Positions 35,292 through 49,643 are shown, counted from the stretch's first letter. The stretch: 64,000 nt of DNA from Mobula hypostoma (GCF_963921235.1 NC_086108.1:98210001-98274000), one strand, 5' to 3'. The notes: a model not told the origin generated them from the letters alone. Translations and numbers: made by a program.

Positions 35292-37828
35292 CACTCAGTG
35301 GTCACTTTATTAGGTCCCTCCTTTATCTAATAAAATGGCCACTGAGCAAATGTTTGCAGTCTGCTGCTGCTGTAGCCCATCCACTTCAAGGTTCGACGTG
35401 TTGTGCATTCAGAGATGCTCTCTGAACACCGCTGGTGTAACGTATGATTATAGACAATAGACAATAGGTGCAGAAGTAGACCATTCGGCCCTTCGAGCCC
35501 GCACTGCCATTCTGAGATCATGGCTGATCATCTACTATCAATACCCAGTTCCTGCCTCGTCCCATAACCCTCGATTCCCCTATCCATAAGATACCTATCT
35601 AGCTCCTTCTTGAAAGCATCCAGAGAATTGGCCTCCACTGCCTTCTGAGGCAGCGCGTTCCACACCTCCACAACTCTCTGGGAGAAGAAGTTCTTCCTCA
35701 ACTCTGTCCTAAATGACCTACCCCCTATTCTTAAACCATGCCCTCTGGTACTGGACTCTCCCAGCATCTAGAACATATTTCCTGCCTCTATCTTGTCCAA
35801 TCCCTTAATAATCTTATATGTCTCAATCAGATCCCCCCTCAATCTCCTTAATTCCAGCATGTACAAGCCCAGTCTCTCTAACCTCTTGCGTAAAACAGTC
35901 CAGACATCCCAGGAATTAACCTAGTGAACCTACGCTGCACCTCCTCCCCAGCCAGGATGTCCTTCCTTAACCCTGGAGACCAAAACTGCACACAATACTC
36001 CAGGTGTGGTCTCACCAGGGCCCTATACAAATGCAAAAGAATTTCCTTGCTCTTGTACTCAATTCCCTTTGTAATAAAGGCCAACATTCCATTAGCCTTC
36101 TTCACTGCCTGCTGCACTTGCTCATTCACCTTCAGAGACCGATGAACAAGTACTCCTAGATCTCTTTGTATTTCTCCCTTACCTAACTCCACACCATTCA
36201 GATAATAATCTGCCTTCCTGTTCTTGCTCCAAAAGTGAATAACCTCACACTTATTCACATTAAACGCCATCTGCCAAGTTTCTGCCCACTCACCCAGCCT
36301 ATCCAAGTCACCTTCAATTCTCCTAACATCCTCATCACGTCACACTGCCACCCAGCTTAGTATCATCAGCAAACTTGCTGATGTTATTCACAATGCCTTC
36401 CTCTAAATCATAAACAGCTGTGGTCCCAATACCGAGCCCTGTGACACCCCACTAGTCACCACCTGCCATTCCGAGAAACACCCATTCACTGCTACCCTTT
36501 ACTTTCTATCTGCCAACCAGTTTTCTATCCATGTCAATATCCTCCCCCCAATGCCATGAGCTCTGATTTTACCCACCAATCTCCTATGTGGTACCTTATC
36601 AAATGCCTTCTGAAAGTCAAGATACACCACATCCACTGGATCTCCCGCGTCTATCTTCCTGGTTACATCCTCGAAAAACTCCAATAGATTAGTCAAGCAT
36701 GATTTGCCCTTGGTAAATCCATGCTGGCTCGGCCCAATCCTATCACTGCTATCAAGATATGCCGCTATTTCATCTTTAATAATGGACTCTAGCATCTTCC
36801 CCACTACTGATGTTAGGCTAACAGGGTGATAGTTCTCTGTTTTCTCCCTCCCTCCTTTCTTAAAAAGTGGGATAACATTAGCCATTTGCCAATCCTCAGG
36901 AACTGATCCTGAATCTAAGGAACATTGGAAAATGATCACCAATGCATCTGCAATTTCCAGAGCCACCTCTTTTAGTACCCTAGGATGCAGACCATCTGGA
37001 CATGGGGATTTGTTAGCCTTTAGTCCCATCAGTCTACTCATCACCGTTTCCTTCCTAATGTCAATCTGTTTCAGTTCCTCTGTTACCCCATGTCCTTGGC
37101 CCATCCATACATCTGGGAGATTGCTTGTTTCTTCCCTAGTGAAGACAGATCCAAAGTACTTATTAAATTCGTCTGCCATTTCTCTGTTTCCCATAACAAT
37201 TTCCCCCAATTCATTCTTCAAGGGCCCAACATTGTTCTTAACTATCTTCCTTCTCTTCACATACCTAAAAAAACTTTGCTATCCCCCTTTATATTCCTAG
37301 CTAGCTTGCGTTCATACCTCATTTTTTTCTCCCCGTATAGCCTTTTTAGTTAAGTTCTGTTGCTCCTTAAAAATTTCCCAATCATCCGTCTTCCCACTCA
37401 CCTTAGCTCTGTTATACTTCTTCTTATTTGAGTTACTGTTGCCTTCCTGTCAGCTTACACCAGTCTGGCCATTCTCCTTCGGCCTCTCACATTAACAAGG
37501 TATTTTCACCCACAGAACCACCATTCGCTGGATATTTTTTGTATTTCACACCATTCTCTGTAAACTCTAGACACTACTGGGCATGAAAACCCCAGGAGAC
37601 CAACATCTTCTGAGATACTCAAACCAATCCATCTGGCACCAATAATCATTCCACAAAGGCACTATGATCACATTTCTTCTCCATTCTGATGTTTGGTGTG
37701 AACAACAGCTGAACCTCTTGACCATGCCTGCATACTTTTATGCATTAAGTTGCTGCCACGTGATTGGCTGATTAGATAATTGCATTAATGAGGTGTACAG
37801 GTGTGCCTGATAAGGTGACCACTGACTA
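35292..37828 (-). mobile_element. Non-autonomous Tc1-like element (CACTCAGTGG family) interrupted by CR1
   Basis: TA-CACTCAGTGGTCACTTTATTAGG ... CCTGATAAGGTGACCACTGACTA-TA. Confidence 0.85.
35452..37423 (-). mobile_element. 5'-truncated CR1-type LINE with frameshifted RT
   Basis: ORFs 36499..37260, 35878..36306 and 35528..35767 carry RT motifs. TSD TTAT (35448-35451, 37424-37427). (CTATTGT)n tail. Confidence 0.93.
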
Positions 37829-38344
37829 TAGCTTCTGCTACTCCGAACATGTACCGTGCTCCAGTGACATAATCCAAATAACAACTGTTGGGCTGGAGGG
37901 CAAGGATCAGCATGTGAATTAAATGGCCAAAGCTTTTGAGCACGGCAATACCTCACCCTCAGAAGCCTGTGCTTATTTTCCCAGCTGTGGTAGCCTGGGT
38001 TAATTTTCTTCCTCCATGTACTGCATGTAAACAAGAAAGTCAGCTGTCATCTCTTTCCTACTCCCTCACCTCACCGAGCTGAGATCAGCTAGCACAGGCT
38101 ATGTACAAAAACAAGTTTGGGTTTTCCCCCATCTGCTCTGATCACAATGACACTCAAGACTGAATGTATCACAGTCAGATCTTTAAACATGCCCTCATTT
38201 TTCAGGTTTTTAAAAAAAGACGTGAAATTTGTTATTTTGTGGCAGTGGTACGGTGCAGGCATAACAAATAATGATAGGTGACAATAAACACATAGAAATA
38301 CTGTACAAGAAGAATAGAGAAGTAGTGTTCATGATTTACGTCAA

Positions 38345-38790
38345 ACACTACAGCACAGTACAGACACTTCATCCCACGATGCAGTGTTGATCTTTTAACC
38401 TACTCCAAGATTAATCTAACCCTTCCCCCCTCCACAGTTCTCCGTTTTTCTATCATCCATGGGCCCACCGAAGAGTTTCTTAAAATGTATCTGCCTCTAC
38501 CACCACCCCAGCAGTAAATTCTATGCACCCCTACTTTCTGTGTAAAAAACAACTCTGACATCCCCCCCACCCCCGTACTTTCCTCCAATCACATAAAAAT
38601 TAAGTCTCTTGTATAGCCATTTCTACCCTGGGGGAAAAAAGTTTATCTTGTACACTTCCATCAAGTCACCTCTCATCCCTCCATTCCAAAGGGTAAATCC
38701 TTAGCTCACCCAACCTGTCCTCATAAAGCACGCTCTCTAGTCCAGGTAAAATCCCAGTAAATCTCCTTCACACTCTCTCTAAAGCTTCCA
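38345..38790 (-). mobile_element. Degraded CR1 3' fragment
   Basis: FFTQKVG motif and 3'UTR shared with 45520 and 51870. Confidence 0.7.
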
Positions 38791-39421
38791 CAGACAGTTG
38801 TGTGTGGGCCTTCAGTTCCAGTTTGACTATTCAGAAATTTGATGGCAGAGGGGAAGAAGCCATCCCTAAAACAGAGTGTGGGCCTTCAGTCTCTTTACCT
38901 CTTCCTTAATGGTAGTAATGAGAAGAGGGCATTTGTCAGGCACTCTTTATACTTTATTGTCACCAAACAATTGGTACTAAAGGCATTTCATTCAGTCACT
39001 CCCTTTTCTGAAATTACACAGAGATTGGGACATTGGAAGGGTTACTTATTTATTCATAATACCAGTCTATTATCCAAGTATACATCTGCCAAATGATTAT
39101 GAGAGCGTTCTTCAGAGCAGATGAAGCCACTTGGTTACTTAAAAAGCTTCCTTTGCAACTTAACAGCAGATGATTTGACTCATCATTTTCAGAAACAAGG
39201 ACGTATCTTTTATGATTTAAGAATCAAGAATGTGCATCTTTTGGCACTTTAGGTTGAAGCCCAAGAAAGATTTTGATTAAACTCTACTGCTTAGGAACAG
39301 TTAGAAAACATTCTAATATCCAGCTCTTCTCCATTACTTAAGCAGCTTCTTTGAATGCAAAAACGATTAACAATTCCAGAATAAAAACCTTTTTGTGTGC
39401 AGAACCAGACGGGCATTCATT

Positions 39422-41100
39422 CCATAAGACCACAAGGCATAGGATCTGAATTAGGCCATTCAGCCCATTGAGTCTGCTCCACCATTCCATCATGGTGGAC
39501 ATTATCCCTCCAACCCCATTCTCCTGCCTTCTCCTCATAACCTTTGACACCCTGACTAACCAAGAACTGCTTTAAATAGACACTCAATGACATGGCCTCC
39601 AAAACTTTCTGTGGTAACAAATTCCACAGAATCACCACCCTCTGGCTAAAGAAATTCCTTCTCATCTCTGTTCTATATGGACATCCCTGTAGTCTAAGGC
39701 TATGTCCTCTGGTCCTAGACTTTCCCACTTTTGAAAACATCTTCTTCACATCCACTCTATCTAGGCCTTTCAATATTCAAGAGGTTTCAATGAGATCCCC
39801 CCCATTCTTCTAAACTCCCACGAGTACAGGCCCAGAGCCATCAAAAGTTCCTCATACATTAACCCTTTCACTTCCAAGATCATTTTCCTGAACTTCGCCT
39901 GAAACCTCTCCAATGTCAGCACATCCTTTCTTAGATAAGGGACCCAAAACACCTCACAATATTCCAAGTGTGGTGCAACCAATGACTTACAAAGCCTCAG
40001 TATTTAATCCTTGCTTTCATATTCTAGTCCTCTTGAAATGAATGTTAACGTTGCATTTGCTTTGCATACCACAGACTCAACCTGCAGGTTAAGCTTTAGG
40101 GAATCCTGCACAAGGACTCCCAAGTCAATTTTGCACCTCTGAGTTTTGAATTCTTCCTGTTAAGAAAGAAGTCTACTCCTTAATTTCTTTTGCCAAAGTG
40201 CATGACCCTACACAGGATTCCACCTTCCATTCTCCCAATCAGTCAGAGTCCTTCTCCAAGACTCCCGACTTCATCAGCATTACCTGCCCCTCCACCTATC
40301 GTTGTTGTCTACAAACTTCATCAATAATTTCCATTCAGGTTTTCCTTGGCCCTGCCACTTGCTTCACATCACTGAAGCACAGATGAATGAGGAGAGATTT
40401 GCTGCAAAATTACGAGGGTAAATACAAGCAGGCTTTTTCCATTGAGGTTGAGTGAGCCTCGAACTAGGGGTCATGGGTCAACAACGAAAGGTGAAATGGT
40501 TATAGTGAACATCAGGTGGAACTTCTTCACTCAGAGGGGGTGCAAGTGAGGAATGAGCTGCCAGCGGAGGTGGTGGATGTGGGTTCGATTTCAACATTTA
40601 AAAGGAACTTGGATAGGTACATGGACAGGAGGAGTGGAGTATGGAGGGCTATGCTTCAGCTGCAGGGCAACGGAATGAAGCAGAATAATAGTTCAGCACA
40701 GATTAGGTTGTCTGAAGATCATAATTCTGCTCTTGTGTCTTGTAAGACTAAGATAGAAGAGCACAATTAGACCATTTGGCCCATCGAGTCTGCTTCGCCA
40801 TTTCACCACGGCTGATCCATTTTCCACTCAGCTCCAATCTCCTGACTTCTCCCTGTATCCCTTCATGCTCTGACTAACCAAGAATTTGTCAACCTCTGCT
40901 TTGAATATACCCAATGAATTGGCCTCCACAGCCATCTGTGAATTCCACAGATTCACCACTCTCTGGCTAAGGAAATACCTCATCTCCATTCAGAAAGGAT
41001 GCCCCTCTATTCTGAGGCTGTCTCCTCTGGTCTGAGGCTCCCCCACCAGAGGAAACATCCTCTCCACATCCACTCACAACCATTCAACATTCAATAGGTC
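39422..41100. mobile_element. CR1 3' fragments (minus 39422-40310, plus ~40400-40740, minus ~40745-41100)
   Basis: PHLEYCEVFWVPYLRKDV; KGLDRVDV..SRTRGHSL..NFFSQRVVILWN. Confidence 0.85.
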
Positions 41101-42852
41101 TTATGACTCGTGACCATCTCCAGGTACACTCCACCACCCAATCAAACCCACTGGGAACCTACACAAGGATCCTGTTGATCCAAGCTGGAGTCAATCACTT
41201 GGCCCCTCAGACCTATCCCTCCACTTATGAAGTGGGCGCAGGGCGCAGCAGAGTGCAGAATACAAACCAGCAGCAGCCAAATCTTAGCAACCCCAAGATG
41301 TACATAGGGGTCACAGCTGGAGTATAACCAGTTCAAGGAGAAAGGATGATCACCAGGAATAAACACTAACGTTGTGCGTGGATAGCCTGGATAAGCCACC
41401 TAAGACAATGGCTCCATTTTCCTTTGGGGGATTCAGTCTGTAAAAGAAATTTGGTTTCTATACACAGGGAAAAGTAGAGGCATCTGGCAGCTTTGCATCA
41501 TACGCTGTTCTGTGAAACAAGAGGAAAGCCCATCTTTTTTCTATTGGGTCAGTGCAGGAGAACTAGAAGATTGATAACATATTTGACACAGGAGAAAAAA
41601 ACAGAATAGCTACAGGCCAATGGGCAGAACATTGGTGTTGGGCAGATCACTGGAAAGAGTTTAACCATCATATAAATGAGCAGTGAGTGAAGCACAAGTT
41701 AATCAAGGACACTTTGGACAGATTTAATAGGAAAGTTATTGGGTCTCACTAATGGATCGACTGAACAGGTAGCAATAATAGTAGCACATCTGGAGTAATG
41801 GACACAGGGAATGGTCAATGGATGTACGTTTACTGATTCCTGGAATGGGAGGGTATTTCTACAAAGGAAAATTACACAGAATGGCTTACATTCTCTGGAT
41901 TTACAACGAAAACAAATTACTTAAATGGAATGACAGGTTAAATGCAACATAGAGCAGTATGGTGCAGGCACAAGCTCTTCAGTACACAATACCAATGTCT
42001 ATGCCAATCACAATATCAATAAATGAAATCCAATCTCCATGTACTTGATCTATACGCCTCCATTCCCTACATGTGGCTGTCCAAACACCACCATCGTATC
42101 CGCTTTCACCACCACCCCACATGCAGTACTGCGAAAAAAAATGCCCTTTAAAGCTTTCCCCCTACTCATCTTAAAGCTGTTCTCTAGTAGTTGATATTTC
42201 TCCCTGGAAGAAAAAAATTTCTTACCCATCTGTCTCAATATCTTCATATGCATCTATCAGGTCTCCCCTCGGCCTCCAATACTCCTGATCTGTTCAACCT
42301 TTCTTGACAGCTGAAACCCTCTAACCCAGACAGCATTCTGGTGAACCTCCACTGCCGCAGACTCTTGCTCCTTCTGGTTGGAATGCCCTGATTTAGGGCG
42401 TGACTGTAATCTCGGGATTAGGGCGTTGGCCATTAACACCTAAATTGAGAGGAAAACAGCCACTTCTTGGCATGTTTTAAATCTCTACCATGAGATTTTT
42501 AAAATCAAGTTACTTTATGAGAAGTGATTATGTTGGTAATCAGCACATCTCTCATTGCCTGAAGCAAGGAGGCCGTAACGAGCCAAACCAATGGTGGGCC
42601 TGGAGTCTCTGACAGGACAAGCAGCACAAGGGAGGAGAACATCCTTCCTCAAAGAACACCAGTGAATCACTCTGGTTTTTAACGATAATGCAGTAATTTC
42701 ACACTGACTTCTCAATTCCACTTCAGTATGTTAACATAAACACATTAGCCCACATGATTCAAATGTTTCCCTGAAAAGCCATTGGATGTCTGTACAGTAA
42801 CTTTACCACTATGCTGTTGATATGCAAATCAGTGTATTTAATGTTAAGATAC

Positions 42853-43528
42853 CATACTGTTCAAAAGTCAGATTTATTTATTTTGCACACACACAAAGTC
42901 CAAGGCTGCCTAAGACTTTTGCACAGCACTGTAGTTGAAGAAGAAGGAGAAGAATATCTTTATTGTCATTGTTGTGGAGCAATGAAGCACAGTTTAGCAG
43001 CTCAACGTGGAGTTTGTCAACGTGGAGCAAGGAGCAAATTTGTAAATCTGGCGGGAGCAAAGGATGTTGGGAATGGCGAGGATGGAACGTTGAGGGAGGG
43101 GTGTGGGACAGGTGGCAGAGAGGATTGCCAGGGGTGGGGTGGTGGCATGGGTACAGACCCACCTAGCACCGAGACATCAGGCAAGGTCATTTGATTCCAA
43201 ACAATTGGTTTGTTGATCATTACAGAACGTCTCCCTGGTGCTTTCCACTCCCTTTCCTCTCCCTGCCCCTTTTTGCACTCTCAGTCCACAATAGAGACCC
43301 ATATCTGAAGCAGGTTCATCATCACTCACATATGTCATGAAAATTCTGTTTTTTGTGACAGCAGTACAGTGTAATACATAAAATTTAAATATACACATTT
43401 CAAATTTAATATACATTGATACTTAGTGTAATTCATTTTTCCCCCCTATATTATCATGTATCGCATTGGACTGCTGCTGCTAAGATAACAAATTTCCTGC
43501 ATGTGCCCAAGACTTTTGCACGGCACTG
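42853..43528. mobile_element. Second copy of the composite Tc1/mariner-type MITE (core inverted relative to 13805)
   Basis: GCCTAAGACTTTTGCACAGCACTG-TA at ~42907-42932 and GCCCAAGACTTTTGCACGGCACTG-TA at ~43504-43530. Shared core. Confidence 0.65.
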
Positions 43529-44112
43529 TACTTCCATTATGAAAGTTAAATATGAGGAACATAGAGTAGTACAGTGGTATAATGGTTATTGCAAAGCTTT
43601 ACTGTTACAGTGAACCAGGTTCAATTCCCCTGCTGGGCAAACTCCTCACAGACATTCCCCATGACTGTGTGGTTTTCTGATGGTGCACCGATTTCCTCCA
43701 CATTGCAAAAAGATGCAAGGGATAGTAAATAGTGGAAATGCTACGTTGACACTTGCTGGCTTCCCCTGGCTCATCTTCAAACTGTTGGTCGTTGACACAA
43801 ACGTCATATTTCGATGCATAACAAGTGAAGCTCATCTTTTATAAGGTATGGTTAATGTGGAGGCTTGGATGCCTTTTTTTAAAATCTAACAACATAGGCG
43901 CAAGAGGCCTTGATTTCCTGCTCCAATTCTTTATGTTGTTCTAATCAGCGGAACAATTGCAAAATCCTTGTTTCAGTGACCAGAGAGAAAGGACTGATTG
44001 GGCTAAGAAACCAAATGAACAACACAAGTGTATCTGGCTGCAAAAGTGTTGAAACAAAATAGTGTCATAAACACCTCTTGCCAAGATTACAGAAAGATTT
44101 TTTTAGAAAACC

Positions 44113-44635
44113 AGGCATCCCACCCTGCAAAAACTTATTTCAGGGTGGTAGCACCATCAATTTGCGGGAGACTTCCGGGAGAGGTGGGATGTCTGCAATA
44201 CAGTAGCTCCTTAGCAGCTAGCCAGTTAAGTTAAATAACATTAGCTATGCTAATGAACGGATGGCACCTGTTAAACCCACCTCAACATGTCTTTTACAGT
44301 CTTAACCCACCATGGGCAATAGAAAAGTCACTGTTGCAAACAGTGCAGCGAGCAACACTGTCATTATTTTGACCCTTATTAGGCAGGGGTACACTTTAGT
44401 GTAGTCTGGGGTGACGTACGTTTTATATTTTTTTGGAACACTCTGCAATGGCGCGCTCTTGCTCGCTCGCGCTCTCTCTCTCTCTCTCGTGGTCACTCTC
44501 GCGCTCTCTCTTGCTTTTCTCTTGCTCGCTCTCAAAAAATTGATTTCCGTGATATTGTATATAATTTGCGGGCATCAGGGAGCCACTATTAATGTGCGGG
44601 AGACTCCCGGAAGTTCCGGGAGATGTGGGATGTCT
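44113..44635. mobile_element. Non-autonomous DNA transposon with 8-bp TSD (hAT-like)
   Basis: TIR AGGCATCCCAC / GTGGGATGTCT. TSD AGAAAACC (44105-44112, 44636-44643). CpG-rich. Confidence 0.85.
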
Positions 44636-45777
44636 AGAAAACCTTCTTACAATTTTTTTTTAAATGGTAAATGTTTGAAAGGTGCAAATAGAAGATTCTA
44701 AAATTAGCCAAAAGAAAATACAGATTTAAATAAATTCCATCCCTCATTTTCTTTCCAATCAATAATTCTGCAGCATGTACAAGAAGTTTAACTGCAGACT
44801 TGTTGTCACAGGACACTCTTCTAAGAAAATAAGTAATGGAGGAAAAAAAAATCACTTGTTGCACAGACCAGCAAACATGCCTGAACTTCATCTCAGCAGC
44901 TGTTTAAGCAATTATCCATTAACTTAATGCATGGATGGAACTGTAAAGTAGGAAAAAAAGTTATGCAATTGAACGCAATGAAACAGAATTACACTTGGTC
45001 AATCAGAGCAGTCCCTAAACATACCCTCAACGAGTTACTTAGCCTTGAATCTATTCCACTTAACAAGATCATAGCTGATGTGTGCCCAACCAGCTTTCCA
45101 TATATCCTTCATTATTCTCAAATATGAACATTAAAAAATTAAACTAGCTTCAACTGTGGTTGTGGAATGAAGTTTGTTTACTACCCTCTGTGTATAGATA
45201 CTTATCCCAATGTTCCTCCAAAATGGCATTACTCTCGTTCGAGAACTTGTGCCCTTGTACCAAAGCATCTAACATGCAGAATCAGTGTCCTTTTATCTCA
45301 TTTGGTTTCTCCCCCCAATCAAATCACATTTTCATTCCAAGAAATAAAGTAAAAATGTCTGTAATCTCTTATCATTCAACACAGCCCAATAACTAATCTT
45401 GGACATCTAGACTATACTTCCTCCAAACAGATGTTTTTACACATAGTCCGGCTATGGTGTCAGCAAGGTTTTTATGAACTGCAGCACGAATCCTATCCCC
45501 GTGTAATTCTGCCTTTTAAGAACATAGAAGAGTACAGCACAGTACTGGCACTTCACTCCATGATGTGGTATTGTCCCATTAAGATCAATCTAACACTTCC
45601 CTTCATTTTTCTTTCATCCTTGCACCTAAGAGTCACTTAAACATCCCCAATTATTTGCCTATACCACCACCCCTGGCAGCACGTTTCACACACCTACCAC
45701 TCTCCATGTTAAAAACCTGCCTCCTACACTTTTCTCCAAACACCTTAAAGTTATGGCCCCTGGTATAAGCCATTTCT

Positions 45778-46140
45778 TACTTACTGGCAATTAGGGCCAG
45801 CAATGACTGTCCTCCATCTCTGGCAGTGTTCAGGGCTTCTTTCATCATGTCAGTAGCTTCCTCTCAGTTTTCACTACTGTCTCCCGCGTAGAGACTCAGG
45901 AGCGCCATTGCACCCAGATGTAGGATTCTTCATTGCTGTCTCCATAACCACTTGGTTGTATCAGTCAGAGTTGCTAGCCCTGAACCTGGAGGACTGGTGG
46001 ACCACTTTTCATCTGTCCTCTACCATTTGGCTCTTGGTAGGGTCACCCATCCCAAACAGGTCAAAGCACAAGGCTCGCCAGGTCACTGAGGCACACAAGC
46101 CTCCAAGCCATGACAAGCTTGTAGTCCCCTTGGAGGACAA
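45778..46140 (-). mobile_element. Non-autonomous RTE (Rex3/Expander-like 5'UTR) element inserted in a CR1 fragment (45520-46420)
   Basis: Minus strand TTGTCATGGCTTGGAGGCTTGTGTGCCTCAGTGACC...GTCCTCCAGGTT resembles RTE 5'UTRs as I recall them. CR1 sequence flanks both sides. Confidence 0.6.
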
Positions 46141-47384
46141 GACATGTTGGTCCTGGGAAAAAGTCTTTGGCTGTCCACTTGATTTATGCCTCTTTATCAT
46201 GTTGCACACTCCTATCAAGTTACCTCAATCCTCCTTTGCTCCAAAAAGAAAAGTCTTAACCCACTCAACCTTTCTTCATGAGGCATGCTCTCTAATCCAG
46301 GCAGCATCCTAGCAAATCTCCTCTATATCCTCTCGAAAGCTTCCACATCCTTCCTGTAATGAGGCAACCAAAACTGAGCACAACACTCCAAGTGTGGTCT
46401 AAACAGTGTTTTGTAGAGCAGCACAGCTCTTTTAGATACAACAGCAAGTATTGTAGAATGGAATTATTCTCTTTGCTTGCATCTAGTTTTTCAGTGTTTA
46501 TTTACTTATTGAGATACAACATGCTATAGACCCTTCCGACCCACCCGGCAATCCCCCCCCCGCCCCCGATTTAAACCTAGCCTAATCACGGGACATTTTA
46601 CAATGACCAATTAACCTACCAACCAGTAGGTCTTGGGACTGTAAGGGATAAAAAAAAAAGAGTACCCGGAGGAAACCCACATGGTCCCAGTGAGAACGTA
46701 CAAACTCCTTACAGGGAGCAGCAGGAATTGAACTCAAGACACCTGTAATGTAAAGCGTTGTGCTAACCACTACACTACCGTTATAATATTACAGACTATA
46801 GAATCCACATTGCAAAATGAGGGTTCAGTTGAAGAACACACCTGCAATGAAGTACTGCCCTGGTGTGCTCTTATCTATTTTAACACAACTTGCCATACAC
46901 TGGCTATGGTGTGAATGAATTTTGTTTTTCTATACAGCAGCTATAAAAACAAAATTATATCCAGTCTCCAAGTATTGAGGGCTATAGAATTTTATCTTAG
47001 AAACAGCTAAGGTCACAAATACTTTCAACAGTTTTAGATTGCAGCATTCTTTTAACAATTAATGTTAATATAATAGAATACCACAAATGGATTAATTATT
47101 GATTCTTGTTCACCTTACAGAGGTCATCTCCAAAAACGAAAACACTTGACTCTCAGTATAATAAGCCATTACATTCCCATTGATGGACTTCTCTTGAACT
47201 GTTCTTCCGTCATATTGCTTTTTACTAATTATAAAAGTCTTACAAAGGAAATTTAATAACAATTATGTGAAAAATAGTGCATACTTGGAGCAGACTGGTT
47301 TAGAATAAGGGTGATACTATTTATTTATTTAGAAGGTTAACCAGCCTGTCCATCCCAATGAGCCCATGTTGCCCAACTACAGTG

Positions 47385-48205
47385 ATGTGACCATGGGTAA
47401 AGCTCTCCCCACCATTCAGCACATCAACACGGAGCAGTGCTGCAGGAAAGCAAAATCATCTCACCACCCAGGACATGCTCTCTTCTTGCTGCTGCCATCA
47501 GGAAGGTGGTACAGGAGCCTCAGGACTCACACCACCAGGTTCAGGAACAATTATTACCCCTCAACCATCAGGCTCTTGAACCAAAGGGGATAACTTCACT
47601 CACCCCAGCATTGGACTGCTCCCACAACCCATGGACTCACTTTCAAGGACTCCTCATCTCATGTTCTCGACGTTTATTGCTTAATTATTACTACTACTTT
47701 TTGTATTTGCACAGTTCGTCGTCTTTTGCATACTCGTTGAACACTCAAGTTGGCACGGTCTTTCACTGATTCTATTTAAGGCATCCGTTAGTCTTACGAG
47801 ACCATGGATCTGCGCCTGGAAAGCCTTCACTCTCCAGGGCGCAGGCCTGAGCAAGGTTGTATGGAAGACCAGCAGTTGCCCATGCTGCAAGTCTCCCCTC
47901 TCCATGACACCGATGTTGTCCAAGAGAAGGGCATTAGGACCCATACAGCTTGGCACCAGTGTCGCCGCAGAGCAATGTGTGATTAAGTGCCTTGCTCGAG
48001 GACACAACACATTGCCTCGGCTGGGGCTCGAACTCGCGACCTTCACGTAGCTAGTCCAATGCCTTAACCACTTGGCCACGTGCTCACACTGATTCTATTA
48101 TTATGGATATATTGAGCATGCTCACGAGTAAATTAATCTCAAGGTTGTATATGGTGACATATCCGTTCTTTTGATAATAAATTTACTTTAAGCTTGAACT
48201 TTGAG
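47385..48205 (+). mobile_element. Rex1-type 3' fragment interrupted by a SINE
   Basis: HPGHALFLLLPSGRWYRSLRTHTTRFRNNYYPSTIRLLN. Confidence 0.85.
47777..48086 (-). mobile_element. tRNA-headed SINE with RTE-type tail (same family as 19056)
   Basis: 13-bp TSD CACTGATTCTATT (47764-47776, 48087-48099). A box TGGCCAAGTGG, B box GTTCGAGCC. Confidence 0.92.
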
Positions 48206-48499
48206 CAATTAACCTGCTAGCCTGTAACTTGGAATGAAAAGGGGAAACCGGGGCAGTCAGAGAAAACCCTGCAATCACGGGGAGAACAGCCATACTCTTT
48301 AAAGACAGTGGCAAAATTGAACCTGGCCATCTGACACCTTAATAGCATTACACTAACCAATACGCTACTCTATCACCCAAGTGGCAAGTAGAGTCAACAG
48401 CTCAAATGTCATGGAAATGCAGAAAATCAGTATTTTTTTTTAAAAAAAGGATTCTCTCTTTCTGTAGCCCTTCATTCAAATGTAGGTTTTAACACATGC

Positions 48500-49643
48500 A
48501 TACTTCCTCAGGAGTCTGCAGAAATTCGGCATGCTTCGAAAACCATGACAAACTTCTATAGCTGTGTATTGATTAGCTGCATTACGGCCTGGTATGGGAG
48601 CACCAATGCCTTTGAATGGAAACCTACAAAAGGTACTGGATTCAGCCCATTACGTCATGGGTAAAGCCCTCTCAACAACCACTGAGCACATCTATATGAA
48701 ACACTGCAATAAGAAAGCAGCATCCATCAAAGATCCTCACCATCCAGGCCATGCTCTTTTCTCACTGCTGCCATCAGGTAGAATGTACAAGTGCCTCAGG
48801 ACTTGCACTACCACGTTCAAGAACAGTTACTATCCCTCGACCATCAGGCTCCTGAACAAAAGACACTCATCCATTGAAATGTTCCCACAACCAATCATTT
48901 CAATTAAGGACTTCCATTATTTATTGCTATTTATTTATATTTGCAGTTGCACAGTTGTGTGCAGTTTTGGTCCCCTAATCTGAGGAAAGACATCCTTGCC
49001 ATAGAGGGAGTAAAGAAGGATCACCGGATTGATTCCTGGGATGGCAGGACTTTCATATGAAGAAAGACTGGATGAACTGGGCTTGTAATCGTTGGAATTT
49101 AGAAGATTGAGGGGGGATCTGATTGAAACGTATAAGATCCTAAAGGGATTGGACAGGCTAGATACAGGAAGATTATTCCCGATGTTGGGGAAGTCCAGAA
49201 CGAGGGGCCACAGTTTGAGGATAGAGGGGAAGCCTTTTAGGACCGAGATTAGGAAAAACTTCTTCACACAGAGAGTGGTGAATCTGTGGAATTCTCTGCC
49301 ACAGGAAACAGTTGAGGCCAGTTCATTGGCTATATTTAAGAGGGAGTTAGATATGGTCCTTGTGGGTACGGGGGTCAGGGGGTATGGAGGGAAGGCTGGG
49401 TCGGGGTTCTGAGTTGGAGGATCAGCCATGATCATAATAAATGGCGGTGCAGGCTCGAAGGGCCGAATGGCCTACTCCTGCACCTATTTTCTATGTTTCT
49501 ATGTTTGTTCTCTTCAGTTTCTTGCTCTTTCACTGATCCTGCTTACAATTGCTAGTCCATAGATTTGCTGAGCATGTCTGCAGTAAAAAGAACCTCAGGG
49601 TTGAATGCAGTGTACACCGATAACAAATTGTACTTTGAACTTT
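48500..49643 (+). mobile_element. Rex1-type 3' fragment interrupted by a young CR1 3' fragment (~48955-49506)
   Basis: IKDPHHPGHALFSLLPSGRMYKCLRT. The CR1 part is nearly identical to the reverse complement of 29322-29850. Confidence 0.9.

Noticed and set aside
38040..38170. Possible ancient SINE remnant (GCTAGCTGATCTCAGCT on the minus strand)
   Set aside because: Only a short motif matches my recollection of the consensus, too weak to call without an HMM search.
41142..41399. Unique-looking GC-balanced segment with an 85-aa minus-strand ORF
   Set aside because: Weak acceptor, no clear donor and no recognisable protein similarity. Left unassigned.
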